58,339 nucleotides of DNA, taken from the NCBI GenBank assembly GCA_963976885.1, contig CAXBNM010000001.1, positions 1-58,339 on the forward strand, in the 5' to 3' direction. Under the pieces are notes generated by a model. That model ran no database searches, had not been told where the DNA came from, and worked only from the letters and a program-made list of their open reading frames with translations. Shown one piece after another: positions 34,036-42,270 of this stretch (positions are counted from its first letter, which is position 1; every line of letters begins with the position of its first letter). The translations under genes were made by a program, and so were the position numbers. The stretch comes from an uncultured Burkholderiaceae bacterium. Lineage in GTDB: Bacteria; Pseudomonadota; Gammaproteobacteria; Burkholderiales; Burkholderiaceae_E.

Positions 34036-35598
34036 CTATAAGTCCATTTGCTGCATCAGCGCATCGACCTTGTCGCGCACCGTTGCGGTCATCGCAATGG
34101 GCTCTCCCCATTCGCGATTGGTTTCGCCCGGCCACTTGTTGGTGGCGTCGATGCCCATTTTTGAACCCAGCCCCGACACCGGTGAGGCGAAGTCGAGATA
34201 GTCGATCGGGGTGTTTTCGACCATCGTCGTGTCACGCATCGGATCGACGCGCGTCGTCATCGCCCAGATCACTTCCTGCCAGTCGCGAATATTCACATCG
34301 TCATCGGTGACGATGATGAATTTCGTGTACATGAACTGACGCAGGAAACTCCAGATGCCGAACATCACGCGTTTGGCATGACCGGGGTATTGTTTTTTCA
34401 TCGACACCACTGCCATCCGGTACGAGCAACCCTCGGGCGGCAGATAGAAGTCGGTGATCTCCGGAAACTGCTTTTGCAGAATCGGCACGAAGACTTCATT
34501 CAAGGCTACGCCGAGCATGGCCGGTTCGTCAGGCGGTTTGCCGGTGTAGGTGGAGTGGTAGATCGGCGCATCGCGATGGGTGATCCGATCGATGGTGAAC
34601 ACCGGAAACCAGTCCTGCTCGTTGTAGTAGCCGGTGTGGTCTCCAAACGGGCCTTCCAGCGCCATTTCCCATCCAGTAAGTGCATTGGCGGGCAGGTCGA
34701 ACTTGACGCCCTGGCGTTCGGCGTTGGCGCGCGTCAGGCTGCCATCCGGGTCGGGGCGAATACTGCCTTCAAGCACGATTTCGGCGGTGGCGGGCACTTT
34801 CAGTGCGTTGCCCAGACACGTGGCCAGTTCGGTTTTGTTTCCGCGCAGCAGGCCGGCAAACTGATACTCCGACAAGGAGTCGGGCACGGGGGTGACGGCG
34901 CCGAGAATCGTGGCCGGGTCGGCGCCAATGACGACCGATACCGGAAAGGGCTGCGGGTTATCGGTGGGCAGTTTGGTGTGTTCAAGAAAATCGAGCGCGC
35001 CGCCGCGATGGGCGAGCCAGCGCATGATGGTCTTGTTCGGCGCAATGCATTGCTGCCGATAAATGCCCAGGTTCTGGCGGGGCCGGTGCGGCCCACGGGT
35101 GACCACCAAACCCCAGGTGATGAGCGGGCCGGCATCGCCGGGCCAGCAGGTCTGAACGGGCAGGTGATTCAGATCGACCGCATCGCCTTCAATGACATGG
35201 CGCTGACACAGCGGGCTGGACACCTCTTTGGGCGCCATGCTCAAGACCTGGCGCAACACCGGCAGCTTGTCCCAGGCATCGCGCAGCCCGCGTGGCGGGT
35301 CGGGTTCTTTCAGAAAGGCGAGCAGCTTGCCGATCTCGCGCAGCGCTTCGGTTTCATTCTCGCCCATGCCCATCACCACGCGACGCGGCGTGCCAAACAG
35401 ATTGACCAGCACCGGCATTGACGCCGGCTGGCCATCACGCGTGGCATTTTCGAACAGCAGGGCCGGCCCCTGGGCGCGCAGCACCCGGTCGCCGATTTCG
35501 GTCATTTCGAGCGTGGTATCGACGGCGGCTGCGATGCGGCGGCATTCGCCTGCGGCCTCAAGCTTCTGGATGAACTCGCGTAAGTCTTTGTATTTCAA
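34036..35598 (-). CDS. ubiD: 4-hydroxy-3-polyprenylbenzoate decarboxylase
   Basis: [14 protein letters not shown]...GPALLFEN...[13 protein letters not shown]...[12 protein letters not shown]... shows near-collinear similarity to my recollection of E. coli UbiD. Confidence 0.93.
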   Translation of the reverse strand: MKYKDLREFIQKLEAAGECRRIAAAVDTTLEMTEIGDRVLRAQGPALLFENATRDGQPASMPVLVNLFGTPRRVVMGMGENETEALREIGKLLAFLKEPDPPRGLRDAWDKLPVLRQVLSMAPKEVSSPLCQRHVIEGDAVDLNHLPVQTCWPGDAGPLITWGLVVTRGPHRPRQNLGIYRQQCIAPNKTIMRWLAHRGGALDFLEHTKLPTDNPQPFPVSVVIGADPATILGAVTPVPDSLSEYQFAGLLRGNKTELATCLGNALKVPATAEIVLEGSIRPDPDGSLTRANAERQGVKFDLPANALTGWEMALEGPFGDHTGYYNEQDWFPVFTIDRITHRDAPIYHSTYTGKPPDEPAMLGVALNEVFVPILQKQFPEITDFYLPPEGCSYRMAVVSMKKQYPGHAKRVMFGIWSFLRQFMYTKFIIVTDDDVNIRDWQEVIWAMTTRVDPMRDTTMVENTPIDYLDFASPVSGLGSKMGIDATNKWPGETNREWGEPIAMTATVRDKVDALMQQMDL

Positions 35599-35835
35599 TG
35601 TTCTTTTGCCGGTTCAGGGAGGGTGTAAAAGGGCGTGTTACCGATTGTCGCACCATTTGGTTTGACGGTGAGTGGGCGCAAACATAAAATGCCAATGACC
35701 GAGGCGTTTCGATAGGGCGGTTCGATCAAAAAGAATCCGGGCACTAGATGTTGTGGTCGCCTGGGCATACTGCGGCGAATGTAGTGTCCGTCGCGGGATG
35801 ATTGATTTCTCTGGAGAAACGCCGGTGTTGGCAGG

Positions 35836-36906
35836 ATGATTAAAATCTTCCGTTATCTGCCCCATCTTCCGTTGGGTGTCGTGATTGCTGCAGGTGGCCT
35901 TGTTCTCGGCCTTTCAGAAGAACCCTCAGCCCGGTCGGTAGACGGGATTGCGATGGGGGTGATACGCGCCCCCGACCCCGATGTCGTTCTGAACCCTGAC
36001 GAACTTTCCAGCGCCGTTGATGCCGCCCTGATGCGAGCTCGCGCTGACATCACCCCCGATACGGCCACCGCCTGGCAACATGCCCATATCCCCGATCTGA
36101 CCGGCCTCAGCGAGGCCCAACCGGTGCCCACACTGGCCTTGCTGGATCGCTCGATTGTTGCCTCCCCGGATGCCTCGATGGCCGATGTTGGCGTTGGCAG
36201 CATGCCTGTGAATGCTGACACCGGACGCTTCCAGAAGGTTGATTTCTCGCCTGAGCAACCGGCGTTTGCCGAGGGCAGCAAAGACGCGGCCGATGAGCCG
36301 ATTGCCGCGCCCAAACCGGCTGTCCGTGCGGCGGCCAAGCCGCAGCAACCCGATCGCAACACCCGAATCCGCAACATCGCCAAATGGCTGGCCCGTTATT
36401 ACCGCGCCGACCCCGAGGCAGTGGCCAATTACGTTCGCTATGCGCATGAGGCTGGCGCGCGGCACGGCCTCGACCCGATGCTGATCATCGCGGTCATGTC
36501 GATCGAATCAAGCCTGAATCCGCGGGCCCGCAGTCACAAGGATGCCCGTGGCCTGATGCAGGTTCTGGTCAAGGCCCATCCGGAAAAATTCGAGCGCTTC
36601 GGCGGTGTCGACAAGGCGTTCAACCCGCGGGTCAGCGTTGAAGTTGGCGCCACCATTCTGAAGGGCATGATCGAGCGCACCGGTTCGGTGGAAAAAGCCC
36701 TCAAGCATTATGTCGGCGCCGCCAACCTGAGTTCGGATCGTGGTTACGGCGCCAAGGTGATTCGCCAGCGCGACCGGATCTGGGCCGCTTCGCTGGGCCG
36801 CACGGTGCCGCAGAAGCCGCCGTTGCAGGCAGCCATCGAACGGGCCAATCAGGCCCAGCAGGCGATGGCGGCGCAGGTATCGGTGGTCGCCAGCAGCGGC
36901 CAGTAA
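35836..36906 (+). CDS. Lytic transglycosylase (SLT domain) protein
   Basis: N-terminal TM/signal anchor. C-terminal SLT motif LIIAVMSIESSLNPRARSHKDARGLMQV with the catalytic Glu-Ser. Confidence 0.85.
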   Translation: MIKIFRYLPHLPLGVVIAAGGLVLGLSEEPSARSVDGIAMGVIRAPDPDVVLNPDELSSAVDAALMRARADITPDTATAWQHAHIPDLTGLSEAQPVPTLALLDRSIVASPDASMADVGVGSMPVNADTGRFQKVDFSPEQPAFAEGSKDAADEPIAAPKPAVRAAAKPQQPDRNTRIRNIAKWLARYYRADPEAVANYVRYAHEAGARHGLDPMLIIAVMSIESSLNPRARSHKDARGLMQVLVKAHPEKFERFGGVDKAFNPRVSVEVGATILKGMIERTGSVEKALKHYVGAANLSSDRGYGAKVIRQRDRIWAASLGRTVPQKPPLQAAIERANQAQQAMAAQVSVVASSGQ

Positions 36907-36997
36907 CGCGATTTCAATGCATTCAGCATCGCGCTGAGCTTTCTGCCTTCGACCGGGCGTGCGCTGCACTGATACCGCGTGTGCCGGGAAAGTGCGC

Positions 36998-38824
36998 TTA
37001 ATCGAGCGGCGGCGGATTGCCTCGAAATTCCTCAAGCGACAAGGGTTGGACCGGTCCCTGGTAATCAACGCGAGCATTGCTGATTGTCGCAAAGTTGAAT
37101 GATTGCCACTGCGCAGTGATTTTTTTGGATCGACTCAGGCCAGCGCCAGGAGGCACTGCGTCATATACCGGCACGCCAACCCCTGGGTAAAAGTCGGCGC
37201 CACTTTGCCACAGCCACAGCGCACGATCACGATCATCCGGCTGCGCTGCATCGTTGACGACCAGGCGGGCCTCGACTGTTGTGTATAGCGCGCCAATGTC
37301 GTGGGCAACACCGGCGATATCGATTACACCCTGCGGCCACACGCCGTGATAGGAGTGCGGTGCGCCGCGGGTAACCAGCAAGCTGGTGGCACCGTCCGGG
37401 CTGACTGCAGCATCCACACCGCCCGGTGTGTACACAAGATCGGATTTCGTGGCCAGGAACCAGCTGGTCGTTGCGTCCTGACCCAACAGCTTCCATTGCC
37501 CGGTGCTTTTGCTCAGGTACCAGGTCCGGGGGTTTCGGGATTCCACCCGTACATTGTTTGCCGCATTACCCTGTCCTTCAAAAATAACGAACCACTGCAC
37601 GAAGGCCGTCCAGTATTCGCAGTCCTTGTAGGCGGCCCGCACGGAGGCAAGGTTTTGCCACCATTGCGGTGCATGACAACCCCGGCTGTCCGCGCCCATG
37701 GCGATCTGGGCGGGCAACTTGTTGGTCGCCCAGAAGAAGTCGGGAATGCCGTCCAGCACGCCGTCATTGGGCAAGCCCATATCGCCGATGATGGTTGCAA
37801 CGGAGTTGAGGGTTTCTGCGACGCCAGGAATGTCGCTCTGTTCCGGTGTCGTCGTCGGTGCCGGCGCTGACGGCGTGGCTGGTGCACTGGCGATGATGGC
37901 TTCGACAGGTATGGTCGTTTGTCCGGTGTCGTTGTTCGAGGTCAGGATGAAATTGCGTTTCGACTCCGTGCCCGCCCAGCCGTTGGTATCGATCGTTACC
38001 CGATAGTTCCCGTGGATGCCGGCGTAGGCAACCGTCGCCCAGGACTGATTGGTCCAGGCCTGATAGCCGCCGTCTGATCGCACCGGACCGCTGATACTGA
38101 ATTCAGAAACATTGTTGGCCGTGGCACGCCTGACCTCGATACGAGTCTGAGCGGTCAGGGTCGGTCTGCCATTCACGCCGGCAATGGTTGCCGCTGATGC
38201 CGGGTCGGATGAAGTCGGCATAACCGGCGTTGGCTCGGTAACTGGTGTCGCTGCCGGCGTGGGTTCGACCGATGGGGGCGGCGTTGCAGTCAGCGGTGTC
38301 GAGATGATGGCCGACACCAGCTGTGTGGTTTGACCGGCGTCGTTGTTGGCTACCAGCTGAAAGTTTCGCGAGCTTTCGCCGTCAGGCCAACCCGATGTAT
38401 CGATGGTGACGCGGTACTGACCCAGCTGGCCGCGATAGCTGACTTGCGCCCAGCCAACATTCGTCCAACCCTGATGACCGCCGCTTGCGCGTTGGGGGCC
38501 GGTAATCGAAAAATCGAAAGTGTTATTTTCGAATGATCCGAGGACGGAGATCTGGCTGGCGGCGACGATTGTTGGTCGGCCATCGACGCCGGCAACCGTT
38601 GCCGGGGTCAGCGCGACGCTGTCGGATGCGACGATCTGCTTGTCGTTCAAGCCGCGATTGACATCCTCCCCAGCCGTTTCGTTCCGGGCATCGCCACAGG
38701 CCGACAGCGCAGATATCAGGATCAAGCATGAACTGAAGTATCGCCAGCAAAGCTTAAATCGGTTCGTCGCGCAATGACGTGTCGAGTGCTCTGTTGCTAC
38801 TGAATTTGGAAACACTGTGGACAC
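36998..38824 (-). CDS. Hypothetical lipoprotein with two tandem domains of about 115 aa and an uncharacterised C-terminal domain
   Basis: Lipobox LISALSAC. There is an internal duplication: TVAGVDGRPTIVAASQISV...YRVTIDTSGWPDGESSRNFQLVANNDAGQTT versus TIAGVNGRPTLTAQTRIEV...YRVTIDTNGWAGTESKRNFILTSNNDTGQTT. Confidence 0.7.
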   Translation of the reverse strand: MSTVFPNSVATEHSTRHCATNRFKLCWRYFSSCLILISALSACGDARNETAGEDVNRGLNDKQIVASDSVALTPATVAGVDGRPTIVAASQISVLGSFENNTFDFSITGPQRASGGHQGWTNVGWAQVSYRGQLGQYRVTIDTSGWPDGESSRNFQLVANNDAGQTTQLVSAIISTPLTATPPPSVEPTPAATPVTEPTPVMPTSSDPASAATIAGVNGRPTLTAQTRIEVRRATANNVSEFSISGPVRSDGGYQAWTNQSWATVAYAGIHGNYRVTIDTNGWAGTESKRNFILTSNNDTGQTTIPVEAIIASAPATPSAPAPTTTPEQSDIPGVAETLNSVATIIGDMGLPNDGVLDGIPDFFWATNKLPAQIAMGADSRGCHAPQWWQNLASVRAAYKDCEYWTAFVQWFVIFEGQGNAANNVRVESRNPRTWYLSKSTGQWKLLGQDATTSWFLATKSDLVYTPGGVDAAVSPDGATSLLVTRGAPHSYHGVWPQGVIDIAGVAHDIGALYTTVEARLVVNDAAQPDDRDRALWLWQSGADFYPGVGVPVYDAVPPGAGLSRSKKITAQWQSFNFATISNARVDYQGPVQPLSLEEFRGNPPPLD

Positions 38825-38996
38825 CGGTTGCTTGGTTCAATGACCCGCAAGCTATTCGGTAGCCCTTGCGAAAACGATGCAAATGCGCTGAACGGCCTGC
38901 ATCGAATGATCGCAGGCCGGCGACTGTGGTTTGATTTTGGCCCAGAGCCAAAGTATTGGAATTTATGGTGCTTTCGGCACTCTATAAGTGCGTAGG

Positions 38997-40169
38997 CTAA
39001 TTCAGCGCACGGAGGTAGTCACCGATGCGCCGGACCGCTTCGCGCAGATTCTCCATCGAGTTGGCGTAGCTCATGCGCACATACCGATTGGGATCATGGC
39101 GACCGAAGTCCTTGCCGGGGACCAGCGCGACGCCGGTTTTTTCGAGCAAGTCATAGGCAAACGCCGTACTGTCGTCGCTGAAGCGGCTGATGTCGGCATA
39201 AATGTAGAACGCACCATCCGGCGTGACCGGGATATCGAGGCCGACTTCACGCAGCGCCGGTACGAGGTAATCGCGGCGCGCGCGGAAGGCTTCGCGTCGC
39301 TCTTCGAAAATTCGCTGGCTTTCCGGATCAAAACAAGCGAGCGCTGCATGCTGCGACAGCGTCGAGGCGCAGATGAGCAGGTTTTGCGTGAGCTTTTCAA
39401 ATGCCGGTTGCCACTCCTGGGGCACGACCAGCCAGCCCAGCCGCCAGCCGGTCATGTTGAAGTACTTGCTGAAGCTGTTGGTGATGATCATGTCGTCGCC
39501 GTGCTTCAGGGCGCTCTGCACGCCATCCTGGTAGGTCAGGCCGAGATAGATTTCATCGACGATTGAAAAACCGCCACGGCCCCGCACGATATCGAGAATG
39601 GCGGCCATGGTCGAGGTGTCTATCGAGGTGCCGGTCGGGTTGGACGGTGAAGACAGCAAAACGCCGCGCGTGTTGTCGCGCCAGTACTGCTCGATCAGCT
39701 CGGGGGTGACTTGAAAGCCCGTCTCGGGGCCGGTGGGAATCAGTTGCGCCTCACCATCGAAGGCGGCGACAAAGTGTCGGTTACACGGGTAACCCGGATC
39801 ACCCAGCAAGACGCCATCACCCGGATTGACCAGGGCGGCGCAGGCGAGGGTAAGCGCCGCCGAGGCACCGGCGGTGATGATGATCCGATCCGGGTCGACA
39901 TTGACATCCCAGCGCGTGCGGTAGTCGTTGGCGATGGCTTCGCGCAGTGGGCGAATGCCGACCGCTTCGGTGTACTGGGTGCGCCCGGCCGTGGTGGCCC
40001 GGTGCAGCGCCGCCAGAACCGGGGGTGGTGCGGTGAAATCGGGTTCGCCGATCGTCATGTGGATGACCGACTGGCCAGCCGCCTCAAGTGCAAGAGCATG
40101 CTTGGCAAGCTCCATGACGTGAAACGGGTCGATATGCTTGTTGCGATTGGCCAGTACGGGCAGCGACAT
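38997..40169 (-). CDS. PLP-dependent aminotransferase, class I/II
   Basis: IHMTIGEPDFTAPPPV..., NPGDGVLLGDPGYP, SPSNPTG and SFSKYFNMTGWRLGW (PLP-binding Lys). Confidence 0.9.
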   Translation of the reverse strand: MSLPVLANRNKHIDPFHVMELAKHALALEAAGQSVIHMTIGEPDFTAPPPVLAALHRATTAGRTQYTEAVGIRPLREAIANDYRTRWDVNVDPDRIIITAGASAALTLACAALVNPGDGVLLGDPGYPCNRHFVAAFDGEAQLIPTGPETGFQVTPELIEQYWRDNTRGVLLSSPSNPTGTSIDTSTMAAILDIVRGRGGFSIVDEIYLGLTYQDGVQSALKHGDDMIITNSFSKYFNMTGWRLGWLVVPQEWQPAFEKLTQNLLICASTLSQHAALACFDPESQRIFEERREAFRARRDYLVPALREVGLDIPVTPDGAFYIYADISRFSDDSTAFAYDLLEKTGVALVPGKDFGRHDPNRYVRMSYANSMENLREAVRRIGDYLRALN

Positions 40170-40185
40170 GCGGTTTTAATTCCTT

Positions 40186-41385
40186 TCAGGTGGCGGTATC
40201 GGCGAGGTAAGTCATGGCGGTCTGGACGCCGCCGCGATGATGCGGAACGTCGGCCAGGCCAAGGCCCATTTCGACCCCGGCGAGGGTGCCGAGTAAAGTC
40301 AGATCATTGAAGTCGCCGAGATGACCAATGCGAAAGACCTTGCCGGCCACTTTGCCAAGTCCGGTCCCGAGCGACATATTGAAGCGTTGCAGGATGATTC
40401 TACGCAATGCGTCGGCGTTATGCCCTTCAGGCATAAGGACACCGGTCAGCACCGGGCTGTAGCAGGCTTTGTCGTTACATAGAATTTCCAGTCCCCAGGT
40501 TTCAATCGCCATGCGGGTCGCCAGAGCGTGGCGCTGATGGCGGGCAAATACTTGCTCAAGCCCTTCGGTTTGCAGCATATCGAGCGCTTCGGCCAGCCCG
40601 TAGAGCAGATTGGTGGCCGGGGTCGAGGGCCAGTAACCATTGGCGTTGGCGGCAATGATTTCGTCCCAGGCCCAGTAGGCGCGGGGCAGACTGGCTTGCT
40701 GGCTGGCGGCCAGTGCTTTTTCGCTGACGGCGTTGAACGACAGGCCGGGCGGCAGCATCAAGCCTTTCTGTGAGCCCGAAATCGATACATCGACCCCCCA
40801 GGCGTCGTGCTGGTAGTCGGCGCAGGCCAGACCCGAGATGGTGTCGACCATCAGCAGGGCGGGGTGGCCGGCGGCGTCAATGGCGCGGCGCACCGCGGCA
40901 ATATCGCTGGTGACGCCGGTTGAGGTTTCGTTGTGAACGACGCAGACCGCCTTGAAACGGTGCCCGGTATCGGCGCGCAAGGCCTGCTCGATGCGCTCGG
41001 CATCGGCGCCGCCGCGCCAATCGGATTCGATGACGGTGGGCTTGAGGCCCAGCCGGGCGGCAAGCCGGTGCCACAGCGCGGCGAAATGGCCGGTTTCGAA
41101 CATCAGCAGTTCATCGCCGGCGCTCATCGTGTTGACCAGCGCGGCTTCCCAGGCGCCAGTGCCCGAGCCCGGATAAATGATGACCGGCTGCTTGGTCTGG
41201 AAGATTTTCTTGATGCCGTCGATGACTTGCAGGCCCAGGCGCGCAAAGGCCGGGCCACGATGGTCGATGGTGGCATTGTCGATGGCGCGCAGAATGCGGT
41301 CGGGAACCGGGCTGGGGCCGGGGATTTGCAGAAAATGGCGACCGCTATGGTGGTCGTTGAGATCGATTCCGCTAGGCAGTTTCAT
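40186..41385 (-). CDS. Class-V aminotransferase (serine-glyoxylate / alanine-glyoxylate aminotransferase family)
   Basis: The ATG at 41385 has GGAG 8 nt upstream. FLQIPGPSPVPDRILRA... and SGSQKGL (PLP-binding Lys). The upstream 225 codons of ORF 40186..42060 are antisense to the GntR gene and were rejected. Confidence 0.88.
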   Translation of the reverse strand: MKLPSGIDLNDHHSGRHFLQIPGPSPVPDRILRAIDNATIDHRGPAFARLGLQVIDGIKKIFQTKQPVIIYPGSGTGAWEAALVNTMSAGDELLMFETGHFAALWHRLAARLGLKPTVIESDWRGGADAERIEQALRADTGHRFKAVCVVHNETSTGVTSDIAAVRRAIDAAGHPALLMVDTISGLACADYQHDAWGVDVSISGSQKGLMLPPGLSFNAVSEKALAASQQASLPRAYWAWDEIIAANANGYWPSTPATNLLYGLAEALDMLQTEGLEQVFARHQRHALATRMAIETWGLEILCNDKACYSPVLTGVLMPEGHNADALRRIILQRFNMSLGTGLGKVAGKVFRIGHLGDFNDLTLLGTLAGVEMGLGLADVPHHRGGVQTAMTYLADTAT

Positions 41386-41420
41386 GGGAGAGCTCCGGGT
41401 GTCCTGACAAGATGATAGAT

Positions 41421-41430
41421 TTGTATACAA
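41421..41430. promoter_or_regulatory. Candidate GntR/FadR-type operator palindrome TTGTATACAA
   Basis: A perfect 10-bp palindrome in the AT-rich divergent intergenic region between the class-V aminotransferase and GntR genes. It fits the GT-N-AC core typical of GntR-family operators. Confidence 0.5.
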
Positions 41431-41472
41431 AATATAGCCGTTTCCGTTAGGATAATCCATAGCATTTCCAAA

Positions 41473-41482
41473 TCGTATACAA
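41473..41482. promoter_or_regulatory. Second operator-like site TCGTATACAA
   Basis: A near copy (9/10) of the 41421 palindrome, 52 bp downstream in the same intergenic region. Confidence 0.45.
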
Positions 41483-41544
41483 AAACCTTTGGCCATCTTG
41501 AATCTCTTTGTCGTATTGAAGCCTTGTCTCAAACAGGAAACCCG

Positions 41545-42270
41545 ATGACTGTTGCTCAATCGCCGGCGGCCACCCCGCCCGTCGGATCTGCCCGCGGGCT
41601 GATGCATGCCGATGTCGCCACACGACTGCGTGAAATGATCCTCACCGGTGAACTGGCGCCTGGCGTGCGGCTGAACGAACGGGTGTTGTGCGACCACCTG
41701 CAGGTTTCGCGCACGCCGCTGCGCGAGGCTTACCGGGTGCTGGCGGCCGAAAAGCTGGTGGTATTGCATCCGAACCGGGGCGCCAGCGTGGTGGCCTTGT
41801 CCGCGACCGATATCGGGCACCTGTTCGAGGTCATGGTCAGTCTGGAGGGCTTGTCCGGGGCGCTGGCCGCGCGACGCGCCACCGACGCGCAGATTGCCGA
41901 GATCCGGGCGCTGCATTTCGAGATGCTCGCTGCCCATGCCCGCGATGATCTGCCGGCCTACTATCGGCTCAACCGACAGATTCACGAGGCCTTGAACCGG
42001 GCCGCCGACAACCCGGCGCTTACCGAAACCTATGATTCGATCAATATCCGGATTCAGCATCTGCGTTTCCGGTCAAACTTCAACCGTGACAAATGGGATG
42101 CCGCCGTGCGCCAGCATGGCGTCATGATTGATGCGTTGAGCCGCCGCGATGGCGCTGCCCTGCAGGCCTTGCTGGAACAACACCTCATCGACAAGCGCGA
42201 TGCGGTGCTGGCCGCGATGGCGGAGTCGTCGCAACCCGAGACAGAATCGCTTACTGAGACTTCATCATGA
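41545..42270 (+). CDS. GntR-family transcriptional regulator (FCD C-terminal domain)
   Basis: The ATG at 41545 follows aggaa. The wHTH reads LNERVLCDHLQVSRTPLREAYRVLAAEKLVVLHPNRGASV. An FCD-like helical C-terminus follows. ATGA overlap with the downstream gene. Confidence 0.9.
   Translation: MTVAQSPAATPPVGSARGLMHADVATRLREMILTGELAPGVRLNERVLCDHLQVSRTPLREAYRVLAAEKLVVLHPNRGASVVALSATDIGHLFEVMVSLEGLSGALAARRATDAQIAEIRALHFEMLAAHARDDLPAYYRLNRQIHEALNRAADNPALTETYDSINIRIQHLRFRSNFNRDKWDAAVRQHGVMIDALSRRDGAALQALLEQHLIDKRDAVLAAMAESSQPETESLTETSS

Noticed and set aside
41386-42060. N-terminal 225-codon extension of ORF 40186..42060
   Set aside because: The extension runs antisense through the GntR gene and through the AT-rich promoter region. 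Homology to class-V aminotransferases begins at the ATG at 41385, which has a GGAG RBS.
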